From an uncultured Acidobacteriota bacterium (GTDB taxonomy: Bacteria > Acidobacteriota > Blastocatellia > RBC074): a stretch of 64,000 nt of DNA. The notes beneath the pieces are model-generated. The model was given only the letters and a program-made list of their open reading frames with translations. It did not search any database and was not told the origin of the DNA. The translations under genes were made by a program, and so were the position numbers. Of the stretch, positions 1-12,494 are shown piece after piece. The DNA lies in the NCBI GenBank assembly GCA_963796275.1, contig CAWCKY010000003.1, positions 448,001-512,000 of the forward strand, in the 5' to 3' direction. Every line of letters begins with the position of its first letter. The first letter of the stretch is position 1.

Positions 1-194
1 TCGGTTACCTGCTTGGCGGCCGTGATGTTCTCCTGCATGTACCCCATGAAAGCGCTTGTGCTGGGAGTGAATGCGCAGTAGAACAGGGTTAAAGACGCAC
101 AAAATAGGCTGACGATTTTAAGATCGGCGTTAATGCGTCTCTCGGTCTTTGGTGATATTTGAGGTATATCTTCCACGCCGGATTTATAAGCCAT
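1..194 (-). CDS. Partial CDS (5' end), probable membrane protein running off the left edge
   Basis: Manual translation from ATG at 194: MAYKSGVEDIPQISPKTERRINADLKIVSLFCASLTLFYCAFTPSTSAFMGYMQENITAAKQVT..., open to the edge, with one hydrophobic segment; 19 bp downstream of the GMC gene on the same strand. Confidence 0.5.
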   Translation of the reverse strand, partial: MAYKSGVEDIPQISPKTERRINADLKIVSLFCASLTLFYCAFTPSTSAFMGYMQENITAAKQVT

Positions 195-213
195 TTTATT
201 ATTTAATCAGTCA

Positions 214-1905
214 TTAAATATTCCCACTTCGAAATTCTTCTGCCAGATATTCACTTGCCCGCCAGGCGAGCCCTGCGATCGTCAATGTGCAATTCTTCTC
301 CGACAAAGAGACGAAGCTCGCGCCATCCACGACGAAGAGGTTCTTGATATCGTGAGATTGGTTGAACCGGTCGAGCACGGATTTTTTCGGATCGTCCCCC
401 ATTCGCGCGGTTCCGACCTCGTGAGTTGCATCGCCCGGCGGTGGCGGCAACTGGCGCTTATATGGAGAGATTTCAGCTCCTGCAGCACGCAGAATCTCTT
501 CAGCGCTGTCGTACATCGCGGCGGCCATCTTCAGGTCGTTCTCACCCCACCTGGCGTGGAAGCGCAATTGCGGAATGCCATAGCGATCCTTCAATCCGCC
601 CGGATCGATCTCGCAATAGTTGTTGTAGTCCGGAAGGCATTCGCCGAAACCCGCCATGCTGACCCGCGCCGGGTTCTGCCGGCGAACGCGCTCTTTGAAA
701 TCGCGGCCGAACCCGGAGATGCTGCGCGCGTATCCCGGAAACATACGCGAGCCGCTCCCTGGTTGAAATTGCCATCCGCGCATGAACGGTGATTTTCGGC
801 CATCAGGAACGTTTGTGTGGCGCGGAATATAGATGTGGCCCCCGCCGGCGCCATCGTCGTTGACTACGGGCGCGCCTTCGAGAGCCGGCAGGTAACCGCT
901 GACGAATCCGGACTTGATGTTGTCCATCAGGAAATGTCCGAGCACGCCGGATGAATTGCCGAGGCCGTTTGCGTGCTCGCGCGTCTTCGAGTTGAAGAGG
1001 ATGCGAGTCGACTCCATTGCGCCCGCGCCTAGCAGCACGACCTTTGCATAAGCTTCATACGTGAGTTTATTACGCGTGTCGATGAACTCGACTCCGTGGG
1101 CCTTGTTAGTCTTTGATTCCACCAGGACTCGATGAACGGCGGCGTGCGTGCGGAGAGTGAAGTTTTTTTGCCCGATCAGCGTGGGGATAATGGCATCGAG
1201 CGTATTGAACCGCGATGAAGTTGAACACCCGCGGTCGCACGCTCCGCAAAAGTGACAGGCGGCGCGGCCTTCGTAATTGCGCATGAGCATCGCCTTGCGC
1301 GTCGGGATTACCGGAATCCCGATTTTCTTTCCACCCTCAATCAGTCTCACTTCGCCGCAGCGTGCGGCGGGCGTGGGCGCGTGGTAGCTTCCATCGGGTA
1401 TAACATCCAGTCCTTCTTTGGTGCCGAAGACCCCCATCAGAGTTTCGGCCTTTTCGTAATAGGGCGCGAGGTCCTGATAGGATATGGGCCAGTCTTCCCC
1501 ATATCCGTCCTGCATAGATTTGCCTTTGAAGTCCCATTCAGACATGCGCAGGCTAACGCGCGCCCAGGTGTTGGTGCGCCCGCCCACTGCGTGCACGCGC
1601 GTCCAATGGAAATCGGTGCCGGGCGCGAGGGCGTAACGGTCTATTTTGGGATGGACGAACAGGTGTTCTGTGTATGCGTTGACCTTCCAGAGGCCATCGT
1701 ATTGCCCAGGTTTGCCCAGGCCGCGATAGGGCAATTCGTATGGCCATGTGTGTTCGGTGTGGAAGATTTCAGCCGGGATCCATTTCGGCCCGATTTCGAG
1801 CAGCAGGACGTTGAGGCCTTTGTTGACGAGAACATGAGCGGCGATGCCGCCGGCCGCGCCGGAGCCAACGATGATTGCGTCGTAGAGGGTTCTTTTCTGG
1901 GCCAT
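214..1905 (-). CDS. GMC family FAD-dependent oxidoreductase (glucoside 3-dehydrogenase-like large subunit)
   Basis: Rossmann motif [21 protein letters not shown], Fe-S motif [12 protein letters not shown]-terminal HEVGTARMG and [10 protein letters not shown]. Start set at MAQKR (1905) rather than ORF-track 1983. Confidence 0.9.
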   Translation of the reverse strand: MAQKRTLYDAIIVGSGAAGGIAAHVLVNKGLNVLLLEIGPKWIPAEIFHTEHTWPYELPYRGLGKPGQYDGLWKVNAYTEHLFVHPKIDRYALAPGTDFHWTRVHAVGGRTNTWARVSLRMSEWDFKGKSMQDGYGEDWPISYQDLAPYYEKAETLMGVFGTKEGLDVIPDGSYHAPTPAARCGEVRLIEGGKKIGIPVIPTRKAMLMRNYEGRAACHFCGACDRGCSTSSRFNTLDAIIPTLIGQKNFTLRTHAAVHRVLVESKTNKAHGVEFIDTRNKLTYEAYAKVVLLGAGAMESTRILFNSKTREHANGLGNSSGVLGHFLMDNIKSGFVSGYLPALEGAPVVNDDGAGGGHIYIPRHTNVPDGRKSPFMRGWQFQPGSGSRMFPGYARSISGFGRDFKERVRRQNPARVSMAGFGECLPDYNNYCEIDPGGLKDRYGIPQLRFHARWGENDLKMAAAMYDSAEEILRAAGAEISPYKRQLPPPPGDATHEVGTARMGDDPKKSVLDRFNQSHDIKNLFVVDGASFVSLSEKNCTLTIAGLAWRASEYLAEEFRSGNI

Positions 1906-1991
1906 TTTTTTGATGTTATGAAGTAAAAGGGACAGACAGGATAACATACCGCCTCCTGCCTGTCCGTCCACTGTCTCAGGCATGACAGTAT

Positions 1992-4900
1992 TCAGAATGT
2001 GAGTTTCAGGCCGACCTGCACGTTGCGAGCCGGGGCTGCTGCAGAGATCGTCCCATAAGCATTGTTGTTGGAATCAACGTTTGGGTTGTTTAAGTTGACA
2101 ATATTCCAGGCATTGAAGAAATCGGCCTGGAATTGCAGCTTGAATTTTTCGTTGAGCGAGAACCCTTTGCGGAGCGAAAGATCCCACAAGTGACGGCCAG
2201 GCCCCTCGATGACCCCTACTCCGGCCACTCCGCGACGGTCATCCGATGGGCGGCCGAAGGCTGCCGTGTTGAACCATTCATCGATCGTTCGCGGTCCGTC
2301 GACTGGCTCGCCGGTCGCATCTGCGCGCCGGCCTCCGATCGAGCTGTTGCCCGTCGGCGTAAGGTATTGCCCCGTCTGCCACCGCGTGATTCCGCTGACC
2401 TCCCAACCGCCGAGCGTGTTATTCAAAAACGCATTGGCTTTGCGGAAGAAAGGTAATCGATAGGTGTAGGTCGTGACGAAAATATGACGCCGGTCGAAGC
2501 TCGCCGGTCCATAGTTGAAGCTGCGGTTGAAAGGGTCTTCCAGATTATCACCGTTACCGCTGTTCTCGGCCAGCGCCTTAGACCAGGTATAGCTGACGGT
2601 CATCGTCAGGTCGCCTTTGCGTTTCGTCGCATAGAGCTGTAATGCGTTGTAGTTGGAATTCGAATCGCTCAACCGCTGCCGAATTTGAGCGAAGCCTTTG
2701 TAAGGACGCATAAAGTTGGTTGCTCCACGCTCAGCCGATGGCCGCAGCTGGTTCCCTACGAGGACGGCGAATGCCGGTTGGTTGATGTCTGGCTGGCGCA
2801 GCAGATGACGACCCTGGTTCCCGACATAAGCGATTTCGCCGAAGATCCCGCCCGGCAATTCGCGCTGGATGCTGAGACTGTAGTTCATCACGTATGGTGT
2901 GACGAGGTTGGGATCCACCGTGAAGATATCGCTGAATGGTGCCACCCCCCCAGCCAGGATGTCCGCCAGATTTCCATTTTCGAATTGAGCGCTGGGCATG
3001 TAGGGCGGCATATTGCCCGATGAATAGATGATATTTCCTTCGGGCCGATCGTAGAAGATTCCGAATCCCCCGCGGATCGCCATCTTGTTGTCGTTCGCGG
3101 GCGTATATGCGAATCCGAAACGCGGAGCAAACAGATGCTGCGGGTTATACAGACCGCGGTTGGCTCCGGTTGGGACGCCCAGCACTTCAGGCGAATTGGC
3201 GTTCGGTACACGGCCCAGCTCGCTATCAGGCACCCCGGAACCCGCGCGAATTAATCCATTGTGGCGGTTGCCGCCCTTGCTGACGTCGATCGTCCCGTTT
3301 CGGTTGAGCGTTACCGCCTGTGACGGGTCATACAAGGCCGGATCGAAGTTAACGATGTTATCCGCCTGTGCGAATGTCGGCACTCCATACTGGTAACGCA
3401 TTCCGAGTTCGAGACTCAGCTTGCGGTTGACACGCCAGTTGTCGCCGACGAAGGATTCTATCTGTGAGAAGCGGAAGAATGCGATCGGATCGATCGCAGC
3501 TTCGCTGTAGGTGCGGAAATTCCCGAGCAGCGCATCGGCGAAGGCGTTGCTGGTAGAATTCGGATTGCCGCTCGCATTGAAGTTTACGCTGCCGGTGTAA
3601 TTCGAGCGGCCGTTCTGATCTTTGCGGTTTCGGATGTAGAGCACTCCGGTCTTGAGCGTGTGAGCGCCGCGCACCCAGGAGATATTATCGCTGAGGGCGA
3701 TATCGGTCGTCGGTGAATTCAATGCTCCTGTCGGGCCATCGAAGGTGGCGAAGCCGTTGATGTTGGTATTCGGTATGCCATCGTCAAAGGGCCCGCCGCC
3801 ATTGAAGACCTGCTGATAGGTGAAATCATAGGTTGAGCGTTTCCACGCATCGCCGAATGGTGGAACGCGCTGGCCATTCCATGATGCGTTGACTTTCGCT
3901 TCGTTGATGATAGTGGGTGTGATCATCCAGGTATGACCCACCTGGTAACTAAAACCAGGCCGGCGCCGGTTGGTTGGGATCGTCGGCAATTGTGAATCGA
4001 TGAATGTCCCGTAGGGCGCGACCAGGTTGTAATCGTCGTGCAGATAGCGACCATAGATCGAGTGGCGCTCATTGAAGCGATAGTCGAGCCGCAGTATCTC
4101 CTGCCGGAAATCGAAGGGGTTCGGCTCCTGAAATAACACGTTGTTACTTGTAGCTGTGTCGGTATAAGAAACCGCTCGCGCTTCCATCGCCGAGATGACC
4201 GAATTGATGGCTCTCCCGTCGGCCGTAAATAAATTAACCGGGATAGTATTATTCGGGAAGCACCCGGTGCGTACCGCCGCCTTGGTAATGACTCCATTGG
4301 TGATCTCGGGAGCTAGGCAAGTCGTGCTGGCATTGGCGGGATTGCGCAGTGCGCCGTCATCCGCAGTCCCTACGATGCCATCGGGGCCGCGTAATCTGAA
4401 TGAGAAATCGCCGTTCCGTTCGGCTCGCGTCGGAATAGTGCGCAGCGGCGAAGTTTGAAACCGGCGTATGTATTTCCATTCCATTCCGCCGAAAAAGAAG
4501 AATTTGTCTTTAATGATCGGACCGCCGAAGCTGAACCCCATATTGTTATATCGCAACCCCGGCCGTTCCACATCACGCATATTGTTGAAGACATTGTTGG
4601 CATCCACCTTGTCGTTGCGTAGATATTCAAAAACGCTGCCATGAAATTGGTTACCGCCGCTTCGGGTCACGACATTGATCGAAGCGCCTGAATTCCGCCC
4701 ATACTCGGCTGAGAAGTTGGAAGTCCGGACGGCGAGTTCGCGGATAAAGTCGATGCCGACGTTATTTATCTGACTGCCATTACTCCCGGAATCGAGATTG
4801 AAGCCGCCGTCAACCGTCAACAGGTTGGAGTTGCCGCGATTCCCGTTGATCGGCTGGCTTACGCCCAGGTCCGTCATCATTGCGAGCTGATCATCATTGA

Positions 4901-5408
4901 GCAACGGCGCGCCCGGAATGAGCGTGGTCAGTTGCATATAATTGCGGCCATTGAGCGCGAGCTCCTGAACCTGCGCCTGGTCGATCACCCGAGCGAGCTC
5001 GCCCGAGGTCGAATTAACCGTCTCGCCGGCAGCTGCCGTGACTTCGATGACCTCCGTCACCTGGCCGGGTTCGAGCGCGAAATCGACCGTCAAACGGCCA
5101 TCGGCAACGAGCGCATATCCGGTTTTGCTCGCTTTCTTGAAATCCTTAGCTTCAACCGTCACGTTGTAGTCGCCCACGGGCAGATTGGTGACGACGTAGA
5201 AACCGTTCGGATCGCTCATCGCCGTGCGTTCGATGCGGGTGGCGATGTTAATAACTTTTATCACCACTCCAGGCAGCGATGCGCCATCAGTATCTGTCAC
5301 TGTTCCCGATATCCGGCCTGTAATTGTTTGCGCTGATCCGCTGCCGCTGAGCACTAGCGCCAGAAGCACATATAGCACATATATCAAGGGGGTAGCTTTG
5401 CGGTTCAT
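1992..5408 (-). CDS. TonB-dependent receptor with N-terminal carboxypeptidase-regulatory-like domain (Oar-like)
   Basis: Signal peptide, [18 protein letters not shown] domain, plug motifs [11 protein letters not shown] and [20 protein letters not shown]-terminal [17 protein letters not shown] precedes MNRKA at 5408. Confidence 0.92.
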   Translation of the reverse strand: MNRKATPLIYVLYVLLALVLSGSGSAQTITGRISGTVTDTDGASLPGVVIKVINIATRIERTAMSDPNGFYVVTNLPVGDYNVTVEAKDFKKASKTGYALVADGRLTVDFALEPGQVTEVIEVTAAAGETVNSTSGELARVIDQAQVQELALNGRNYMQLTTLIPGAPLLNDDQLAMMTDLGVSQPINGNRGNSNLLTVDGGFNLDSGSNGSQINNVGIDFIRELAVRTSNFSAEYGRNSGASINVVTRSGGNQFHGSVFEYLRNDKVDANNVFNNMRDVERPGLRYNNMGFSFGGPIIKDKFFFFGGMEWKYIRRFQTSPLRTIPTRAERNGDFSFRLRGPDGIVGTADDGALRNPANASTTCLAPEITNGVITKAAVRTGCFPNNTIPVNLFTADGRAINSVISAMEARAVSYTDTATSNNVLFQEPNPFDFRQEILRLDYRFNERHSIYGRYLHDDYNLVAPYGTFIDSQLPTIPTNRRRPGFSYQVGHTWMITPTIINEAKVNASWNGQRVPPFGDAWKRSTYDFTYQQVFNGGGPFDDGIPNTNINGFATFDGPTGALNSPTTDIALSDNISWVRGAHTLKTGVLYIRNRKDQNGRSNYTGSVNFNASGNPNSTSNAFADALLGNFRTYSEAAIDPIAFFRFSQIESFVGDNWRVNRKLSLELGMRYQYGVPTFAQADNIVNFDPALYDPSQAVTLNRNGTIDVSKGGNRHNGLIRAGSGVPDSELGRVPNANSPEVLGVPTGANRGLYNPQHLFAPRFGFAYTPANDNKMAIRGGFGIFYDRPEGNIIYSSGNMPPYMPSAQFENGNLADILAGGVAPFSDIFTVDPNLVTPYVMNYSLSIQRELPGGIFGEIAYVGNQGRHLLRQPDINQPAFAVLVGNQLRPSAERGATNFMRPYKGFAQIRQRLSDSNSNYNALQLYATKRKGDLTMTVSYTWSKALAENSGNGDNLEDPFNRSFNYGPASFDRRHIFVTTYTYRLPFFRKANAFLNNTLGGWEVSGITRWQTGQYLTPTGNSSIGGRRADATGEPVDGPRTIDEWFNTAAFGRPSDDRRGVAGVGVIEGPGRHLWDLSLRKGFSLNEKFKLQFQADFFNAWNIVNLNNPNVDSNNNAYGTISAAAPARNVQVGLKLTF

Positions 5409-5633
5409 AGGTTCTCCTCGTTGTTGGGTAAAGGAATTGAATAGAAATCTTCCCAGCAAAGCGATAGCAAAGCCTGATAAATATGTTTTTTTCAGGTATA
5501 TCAGATTGCAGACTTTACGAGTCCGAGTAAAAGCAGATAAGCTCGACTTGCAGTACAAAGACGCAAGTGCGTAGCCCAGATCGGGCCAATCTCGCAATCT
5601 TTGAAGGCTTCAAGGAGCAATTGACACAACGCG

Positions 5634-6572
5634 CTAAGCGGATGCCAATTGAGCTCTGGCCGCGCGCTTCAGTTTCAATTCTTTTGCCGCGTCAACCGTC
5701 ATTTCGGAGCGATAAGCGGCAGCGAGGGCAGCAATCCACGGCACTGCCTGCCATGCGAGATCGAAGAAAAGGAGAGGCATCCTGTCGATCCCGCTGAATT
5801 CCTGAATATCTAGTCTTTTCAGCGCCCCCGCCAACACAAGCACTCCGCGCAACATGGTATAAAGCGTCAGCAGACGCAGGGCCACTGCGAGCTTGCCGCC
5901 GTCCATCTGCGTCGCCATCCGGTGAAGTACCAGGCTGGCAGCGGCGCTGAGCGAGAGCAGACACAGGCCGATCAATTGAAGATATCGGCTGATCGGATAT
6001 GGCGATTGCGCCTGCGTCAGTCCATCCCGGAAAAAAAAGAGCAGAATGATCAGGATGAAGATGCCGCAGATAGCCGCATAATCGCGGATTTCAATCCGGA
6101 AGCCCAGGCCAACCCGATGATACGACCATCCCATCGCCAGCAGTCCTAACAGCAGACAAGCATTGGCAGGAACGATCGCTACGTGCTGGAGCAATCCGAA
6201 AATGATGCCGTTTCTATACCCCTCCCAGAAGAAATTAAAGACCCAGCTCTCGATAAATATTCTGATTACCGAGATGCCGGCATTAGCGGCAAGGGCCAGC
6301 CATGAGATGCGCAGCCATAGGGTATCTTTGTATTCACTGGCGATCTCGAGATTGAGCGCCATCGCGAAAAAATAGGCCCAAAACAAAGAAAACGTTGTGA
6401 TCGCTCCCTCGTATAGTCGCAACCGCGGCGTCCAGCCGAGAATGTACGGAAGATGCGCCATCAGCCAGAGGCTGAAATTAATCGCCAGTCCGTAGAGAAT
6501 GACTTTCGGTGTGATCCGCGAAGCAAACATATATGACCAGCAGAGTCGGACCCGGTCTATGGCGAGGGGCAT
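5634..6572 (-). CDS. Polytopic membrane protein of unknown function (about 7-8 TM helices)
   Basis: Multiple long hydrophobic stretches; directly downstream of the anti-sigma gene. Start MPLAIDR (6572) chosen to avoid overlap. Confidence 0.7.
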   Translation of the reverse strand: MPLAIDRVRLCWSYMFASRITPKVILYGLAINFSLWLMAHLPYILGWTPRLRLYEGAITTFSLFWAYFFAMALNLEIASEYKDTLWLRISWLALAANAGISVIRIFIESWVFNFFWEGYRNGIIFGLLQHVAIVPANACLLLGLLAMGWSYHRVGLGFRIEIRDYAAICGIFILIILLFFFRDGLTQAQSPYPISRYLQLIGLCLLSLSAAASLVLHRMATQMDGGKLAVALRLLTLYTMLRGVLVLAGALKRLDIQEFSGIDRMPLLFFDLAWQAVPWIAALAAAYRSEMTVDAAKELKLKRAARAQLASA

Positions 6573-6592
6573 TACCGATACCCCATTCACCT

Positions 6593-7111
6593 CTAACCTC
6601 CAAAATCTATGATCTGTCCGCTCTCCCAGACCAGGTGTGCGCCGGTCTCGCCGCACATCACGGCGGCGATCGATTTCAAACTAGTAAGAAACGGAGTCCA
6701 GTTCTCCAAGGTGACCTGTTCGAGCGATCGGGCGGGCGAGACTTGCGCGGCGGCGCTCAGGGCTTTGCGTGCCGTTTGCGATCCGCACATCGGCGCCATC
6801 ACCGCCGCCAGCGCATCCAGCCGCTGTTTGACGGAACTCTGTTTAGTGTAGACCGTCTCCAGCTCCGCGGTCCGGATGCGCGTAAAGACGCCATGCAACC
6901 CCTTTCTTAGTTGATGGTCTTGCAGGGTGAGGGTATCTCGTATCTCTTCGCCGGCTGAGCGCAGGGCTTGCGTTGTGAGGGCCATCTGTTCATGAAATTC
7001 CCAACAGGGCAGACAGCCGATTAGATGCGCTTCGATCCGATCGCGGGCCGCTTCATCGAGCTGCCCTTCCAGATAATCGTTCCACTCCTTCTCCGATATT
7101 CCGTGAATCAT
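6593..7111 (-). CDS. zf-HC2 (ZAS) zinc-finger anti-sigma factor
   Basis: YLEGQLDEAARDRIEAHLIGCLPC matches the HxxxCxxC motif; abuts the ECF sigma gene. Confidence 0.85.
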   Translation of the reverse strand: MIHGISEKEWNDYLEGQLDEAARDRIEAHLIGCLPCWEFHEQMALTTQALRSAGEEIRDTLTLQDHQLRKGLHGVFTRIRTAELETVYTKQSSVKQRLDALAAVMAPMCGSQTARKALSAAAQVSPARSLEQVTLENWTPFLTSLKSIAAVMCGETGAHLVWESGQIIDFGG

Positions 7112-7732
7112 TTAGTTTATCCTTTTTCTCGCATCCTTCTTCAACGATCCCCCGATGACCGATGCGAGTTTTTTCTTGGCATTGAAGAGCCGCCATTTAA
7201 CTGTGCCTATCGGGATGCCCAGGGCGACGGCCAACTCATCGTAACTTAATTCTTCGACGAAGCGCAGAATGACTAACTCGCGTTCGGCCGGTTCCAGATA
7301 GCTCATCCAATCCGAGAAATCCGAGTTGCGTGTCATCTCCACCTCGGTCGTCAACAATTCGCCGAGATATTCGCCCAGAGGCTCGAATTCTGCGATCTCG
7401 CTGCGCACTCGCTGCTGGCGCCAGTGCCGGAGCATCTCGTTCTTGGCGACCTTAAATAACCAGCCGTAAAATTGCTCCTTTTCACGCACATCGCCCGCGC
7501 GCTGGTAGGCGATGAACATTACGTTTTGAGCGAGCTCCTCAGCAATACTCGACTCCAGTCCCCTCAGCAGGAAATATCGGCGTATCCGGGCATAGAACGA
7601 CTCGAAGAGCGCGCAAAATGACTCCTCCGTTCGTGTCTCCAGAAACAGCTCGATAGCCTGTTTCTCTTCCAATTGCTTAACTCCTCTGATCAAAGGTTTC
7701 GGATAGATATCATCCGATGGCTGGTCATTCAT
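7112..7732 (-). CDS. ECF (sigma-70 family) RNA polymerase sigma factor
   Basis: Region 2 AEELAQNVMFIAY...FYGWLFKVAKNEM; region 4 LSYDELAVALGIPIGTVKWRLFNAKKKL. Confidence 0.93.
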   Translation of the reverse strand: MNDQPSDDIYPKPLIRGVKQLEEKQAIELFLETRTEESFCALFESFYARIRRYFLLRGLESSIAEELAQNVMFIAYQRAGDVREKEQFYGWLFKVAKNEMLRHWRQQRVRSEIAEFEPLGEYLGELLTTEVEMTRNSDFSDWMSYLEPAERELVILRFVEELSYDELAVALGIPIGTVKWRLFNAKKKLASVIGGSLKKDARKRIN

Positions 7733-7870
7733 CTTTCACTAATTAAAGATGCAGTGAACCGGTGATTTTGTTTGTGCACATCAAAAAAAACTCAAAATTT
7801 CATCTATTCTTTGTATACACGCGACTTATAAATGCAAGTGGGACCTTTTGCTGTGATTATTTGTAAGTAT

Positions 7871-8248
7871 TTAGGATGGCCTGAGTTCAATAGTATTTCC
7901 ATCCGGGTCGCGGACAAATAGCTGCGGATTGCCGGCACGCCCGCTCCCGTAGTTGATTGCGACGCCCAGCCGGCGCAGCGTATTTTCCGTCTCTTGAATG
8001 TTCGCGACACTCAATGCTATGTGGCGGTCGTGGCGCGGCGGATCAGCGTGTCCGGGCATCTGATTTACGCTCATTAAATGTAGCTGATGTCCGTTTCCCA
8101 GATCGTACCAGCGTCCGGGGAAACCCAGGTCCGGGCGCGGCAACAATGGCAGGCCGAGCACACTTTCGTAGAATTCGGCGGCTCGCTCGACATCGGTGAC
8201 GAGAAATCCGGCGTGATGAAATCCCGAGATTGTGATCGGCATCGGCAT
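7871..8248 (-). CDS. VOC/glyoxalase family protein
   Basis: [30 protein letters not shown] and [14 protein letters not shown] motifs. Confidence 0.9.
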   Translation of the reverse strand: MPMPITISGFHHAGFLVTDVERAAEFYESVLGLPLLPRPDLGFPGRWYDLGNGHQLHLMSVNQMPGHADPPRHDRHIALSVANIQETENTLRRLGVAINYGSGRAGNPQLFVRDPDGNTIELRPS

Positions 8249-8277
8249 CTCCTATTATTCGATTTATTCGGGTAGAG

Positions 8278-8322
8278 ATCGAAAAAGAATTAATCGAAAA
8301 AGAATTAATCGATAAAGAATTA
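8278..8322. repeat. Three tandem 15-bp repeats (ATCGAAAAAGAATTA) in a divergent intergenic region
   Basis: Copies at 8278, 8293 and 8308; the third has one mismatch. Confidence 0.85.
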
Positions 8323-8444
8323 TAAGACTAGCTCGCCTGATGATTGATGAGCAAGTGTAATTATCATGATCTGGGGTTTCATTGAGTAGTTCCGCGCGGT
8401 ATTTGCTTCTTATAATTTTCCTTTATCTCAGGAGATATTTACAT

Positions 8445-9491
8445 ATGAATACAGAGGTCGGGTTTGGACTGGTCGGATGCGGATTGATCGGCAAGGTCCA
8501 GGCTGAGGCGATCGAATCGATTGCCGGAGCGCGGCTGCTTGCCGTCTGCGGCCGTGATGAAAAGCGCTCGGTGGAATTTGCCGCTCGTTACAAAATTACG
8601 GCTTACACGGACTATGACAAATTCCTCGAACATCCCGGATTGCGGATCGTGACGATCTGCACGCCGAACGGGACGCACGCTCAGTTGGGAATAAAGGCAG
8701 CCCGAGCCGGAAAACACGTGCTTGTCGAAAAACCTATCGAGATCGATCTCGATCGCGCCGACCGGTTGATACAAGCGTGTGAAAATGAGGGGGTGAAGTT
8801 GGGCGTCATCTTCCAATCGCGATTTCTGGCCGAAGTGCAGAAGTTCAAGCGAGCGATCGATGACGGAAAACTGGGGCGGTTGATCATCGGAGATGCATAT
8901 GTGAAATGGTATCGCGCGCCGGAGTATTACGCTCCCGGTTCGTGGCACGGGACGCTCAGCCTTGACGGCGGCGGGGCATTGATCAACCAGGCGATCCACA
9001 CGGTCGATCTACTGCGCTGGATGATGGGTCCGGTTGACACCGTTTTTGCGATGAAATCCGCATTGCGCTATCCGCAGATCGAAGGCGAAGATACGCTGGT
9101 CGCCAGTCTGCGTTTCCGCAACGGCGCGCTCGGAGTAATCGAGGCGGCGACATCGGCCAAGCCAGGTTTCAAGCGAAGGCTGGAGATAAGCGGTGAACGC
9201 GGAACTATCATTCTTGATGGAGATGCGATCGGTTCCTGGGCTATTGATGGTGAGGTCGCGGAAGAGAGTGAGGCCGAACAGCTGACCGACGGATCGGCAA
9301 ATCCCGCCGCGATCTCGAACGAAGGACACCGGCGCCAGATCGAAGACATGATGAATGCGGTGATAGAAGACCGGTCTCCGATGATTGACGGGCGAGAGGG
9401 AAGGAAATCTCTGGAACTGGTCAGGGCGATCTACCAATCGGCCAGCAGCGGAGAGGTTGTCAGATCAACGACCGATCAGTCAGTTGTGTAG
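8445..9491 (+). CDS. Gfo/Idh/MocA family oxidoreductase
   Basis: [16 protein letters not shown] and [14 protein letters not shown] motifs; AGGAGA RBS before ATG 8445. Confidence 0.93.
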   Translation: MNTEVGFGLVGCGLIGKVQAEAIESIAGARLLAVCGRDEKRSVEFAARYKITAYTDYDKFLEHPGLRIVTICTPNGTHAQLGIKAARAGKHVLVEKPIEIDLDRADRLIQACENEGVKLGVIFQSRFLAEVQKFKRAIDDGKLGRLIIGDAYVKWYRAPEYYAPGSWHGTLSLDGGGALINQAIHTVDLLRWMMGPVDTVFAMKSALRYPQIEGEDTLVASLRFRNGALGVIEAATSAKPGFKRRLEISGERGTIILDGDAIGSWAIDGEVAEESEAEQLTDGSANPAAISNEGHRRQIEDMMNAVIEDRSPMIDGREGRKSLELVRAIYQSASSGEVVRSTTDQSVV

Positions 9492-9619
9492 GAAATTAAA
9501 TGTCAATTGAATCAGCATTCCTAGCTCTCGCAGGTTGATACAAAAGGGGGTCAAAATCGAGCAGAGGAAATATCTTTCTTTTTTCCTTTTCATTCGCTGC
9601 ACCCGCTTCGAGCCGCGGG

Positions 9620-11713
9620 TCAGGTTGAGAGAGCAGGCTCCAGCAGGGTCTCTTGTGAATTGAAGGGCTTCTCATCTGAATTTCGTGACCTGATGTATGT
9701 GCCATCCATTTGCAGCCAGCGCATCTTCACGTTATCCGAAAATGCCGGTTCCAGGACTTCGCGCACGATCCGTTCTTTGATCCTTTCATCTTCGATCGGA
9801 AAGAGTACCTCTACGCGGCGATCGAGATTGCGGTTCATGAGGTCTGCGCTGCCGAGATATATCTCTTCGTTGCCGCCGTTTATGAAGCGATAGACGCGCG
9901 TGTGTTCGAGAAAACGCCCGACGATGCTCCCGACTCTGATCGTCTCGCTCTTGTCCGGCATACCCGGACGCAGGCATGAAATGCTGCGCACGATCAGGTC
10001 GATCGGCACGCCTTCCCGAGATGCCGCATACATCTCTTCGATCATGTTGGTGTCAGTTAGATTATTGAATTTGGCTATGATCCCCGCCGGCCGCCCGGCC
10101 TGCCGGTGTGCGATCTCACGCCGGATCAATTCGGTTATGGTCTTACGCAGGTTGACCGGCGCAACGAGAAGCTTGCGATAACGGGCCTGCCGCGAGTACC
10201 CGGTCAGGTAATTGAAGAGATCCGAAGCGTCGGCACCGATCTCGGGGTCGGCCGTGAAGAGGCCGACGTCGGTATATATGCGCGCGGTGACGGGGTTGTA
10301 GTTGCCCGTGCCCAGGTGCACATAGCGACGCAGCGTGTTCTTCTCCTGGCGCACGACGAGCGCGAGTTTCGCGTGTGTCTTCAGTCCGATCAAGCCGTAG
10401 ACCACGTGAGCGCCGACTTTTTCCAACCTCCTCGCCCACTGGATATTGTTCTCTTCATCGAAGCGAGCTTTCAATTCCACGAGCACCGCCACCTGTTTAC
10501 CCATCTCCGCGGCCCTGATCAGCCAATCGACTATCGGCGAGTCCTGTCCAACTCGGTAGAGCGTCTGCTTGATGGCCAGTACATTGGGGTCGACTGCCGC
10601 CTGGCGCAAAAATTCGATGGCCGGCGCAAATGATTCATAGGGGTGATGCAACAATATGTCCTGGTGGCGGATGGCGTCGAAGATCGATTCGCTCGAACGC
10701 AGAACCGCGGGCGTCGTCGGGTTGAATGGCTGATCCTTCAGTTCGGGCAGATCGAGTTTGTAAAATGCCATCAGGTCCGGGATATTGAGTGGGCCGTCGA
10801 TCGTGTAGACATCCTGCTCAACCAGTTCCAGCGCACTCCTCAACACCGTGACCATCTCCGGGCTCATTCCCGCAGAAACCTCGAGGCGCACACAGAAACC
10901 GAACCGTCGCTGCCGCAACTGTTGCTCGACTGTCTTCAATAAATCGGCCGCTTCTTCTTCTTCAATCTCGATATCAGCGTCACGGGTGATGCGAAATGGC
11001 CGGCATTCGCGGATTCGCATTCCGGGGAATAGCATATCGATGTGCGCGGTGATTACTTCCTCGAGCAGAACGAAGCAATAGCCTTCTCCGTTGACGGGGA
11101 TCAAGCGCGGCACATTAGGCGGAACCTTGACGCGCGCAAACCGCGGTTCTTCGTCGTCCTCGCGAACCTCCGGCTCGACCAGCGTCGCCAGATTCATACT
11201 GTTATTGGAGATGTGCGGGAAAGGATGGCTCAAATCGACTGACAGGGGCGTCAGTACGGGAAAGACGCGTTCGTTGAAAAAAAGGCGCAGTTCCTCGCGC
11301 TGTTCTTTGTTCAACTTGTTATATGCAATGATACGTATGCCGAATTGTTCCAGGCCCGGCAGAACCTGTTTGAGCAGACAACGCGTCTGCACTTCCAGCA
11401 GTGGACGCAGGCGTTCGGAAATCTGGCGCATCTGAGTCGCGGGGGTTAGCCCGTCGGGCGAAAGCAGCGTCTGGTTTCCTTCCAGCTGTTCCTGCAATCC
11501 CGAGATGCGCACCATAAAAAATTCGTCGAGATTGCTTGAGAAGATCGAAAGAAACTTCAGTCGCTCAAGGAGAGGTTGGGCCGGATCGAGCGCTTCATCA
11601 AGGACACGGCTATTGAACTCGATCCAACTCAGTTCGCGGTTGAGCAGCGAGTTTTCCGTGAGAATTCCAGCAGCTTTGCCTGTCTTCTCCAAAAAGGGCG
11701 CAGGAGTTTCCAT
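9620..11713 (-). CDS. ppk1: Polyphosphate kinase 1
   Basis: [73 protein letters not shown]. Confidence 0.97.
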   Translation of the reverse strand: METPAPFLEKTGKAAGILTENSLLNRELSWIEFNSRVLDEALDPAQPLLERLKFLSIFSSNLDEFFMVRISGLQEQLEGNQTLLSPDGLTPATQMRQISERLRPLLEVQTRCLLKQVLPGLEQFGIRIIAYNKLNKEQREELRLFFNERVFPVLTPLSVDLSHPFPHISNNSMNLATLVEPEVREDDEEPRFARVKVPPNVPRLIPVNGEGYCFVLLEEVITAHIDMLFPGMRIRECRPFRITRDADIEIEEEEAADLLKTVEQQLRQRRFGFCVRLEVSAGMSPEMVTVLRSALELVEQDVYTIDGPLNIPDLMAFYKLDLPELKDQPFNPTTPAVLRSSESIFDAIRHQDILLHHPYESFAPAIEFLRQAAVDPNVLAIKQTLYRVGQDSPIVDWLIRAAEMGKQVAVLVELKARFDEENNIQWARRLEKVGAHVVYGLIGLKTHAKLALVVRQEKNTLRRYVHLGTGNYNPVTARIYTDVGLFTADPEIGADASDLFNYLTGYSRQARYRKLLVAPVNLRKTITELIRREIAHRQAGRPAGIIAKFNNLTDTNMIEEMYAASREGVPIDLIVRSISCLRPGMPDKSETIRVGSIVGRFLEHTRVYRFINGGNEEIYLGSADLMNRNLDRRVEVLFPIEDERIKERIVREVLEPAFSDNVKMRWLQMDGTYIRSRNSDEKPFNSQETLLEPALST

Positions 11714-11906
11714 ATATCCAGGTATTTTATGTGATATCTGTTTAAGACGTCAATTTTTGGAGGAGATTAGCGACCGGGAGGAAAGACGGAGGTGCGGGCA
11801 AGGTGCGGGCAAATAAATACAAATTTGAACTTTTTGCTTTTTGCATATTCTCCCTTCCCGCCTCCAGTACTTGCGCCTGTGCCGCCGACATGCTGATAAT
11901 GCCGGA

Positions 11907-12494
11907 ATGAATTCAGATCGGAAGGTGGATTTGGAGAAGATCGCAGCGGGTGCGCGCTTGATTCTCGAGGGCATTGGCGAAGACATAGCTCGTCCGGGCT
12001 TGATCGAAACGCCGCGTCGCATAGCCGAAATGTATGCCGAAATCTGCGGCGGACTGCACGAGGATCCGGCAACCGAGATAAAGGTCATAACGGCCGAGAC
12101 GCACGACAATATCGTCATGGTTAAAGACATTCCGCTGTATTCGCTCTGCGAACACCACCTCGCCCCGTTCACCGGGGTCGTGCATATAGCATATATTCCG
12201 AAGGACGGTCGCATCGTCGGACTATCGAAGATCGCCCGCATAGCCGACATCTTCGCGCGCCGCCTGCAGATTCAGGAACGCCTGACGACTCAGATCGCGG
12301 AGTTGCTTTATCATGGCGAGTTGCAGCCGAAGGGAGTGATGGTGGTTATCGAGGCGGTACATCTTTGCATGGTGATGCGCGGGATCAAAAAACATGGTGC
12401 CACATTTATCACCTCCGAAGTGCTGGGCGTTTTCAGAAAAGACGAGCGAACGAGGATTGAAGCGATGTCGTTCTTAACCGAGCACAGACGATAA
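11907..12494 (+). CDS. folE: GTP cyclohydrolase I
   Basis: [45 protein letters not shown]. Confidence 0.96.
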   Translation: MNSDRKVDLEKIAAGARLILEGIGEDIARPGLIETPRRIAEMYAEICGGLHEDPATEIKVITAETHDNIVMVKDIPLYSLCEHHLAPFTGVVHIAYIPKDGRIVGLSKIARIADIFARRLQIQERLTTQIAELLYHGELQPKGVMVVIEAVHLCMVMRGIKKHGATFITSEVLGVFRKDERTRIEAMSFLTEHRR

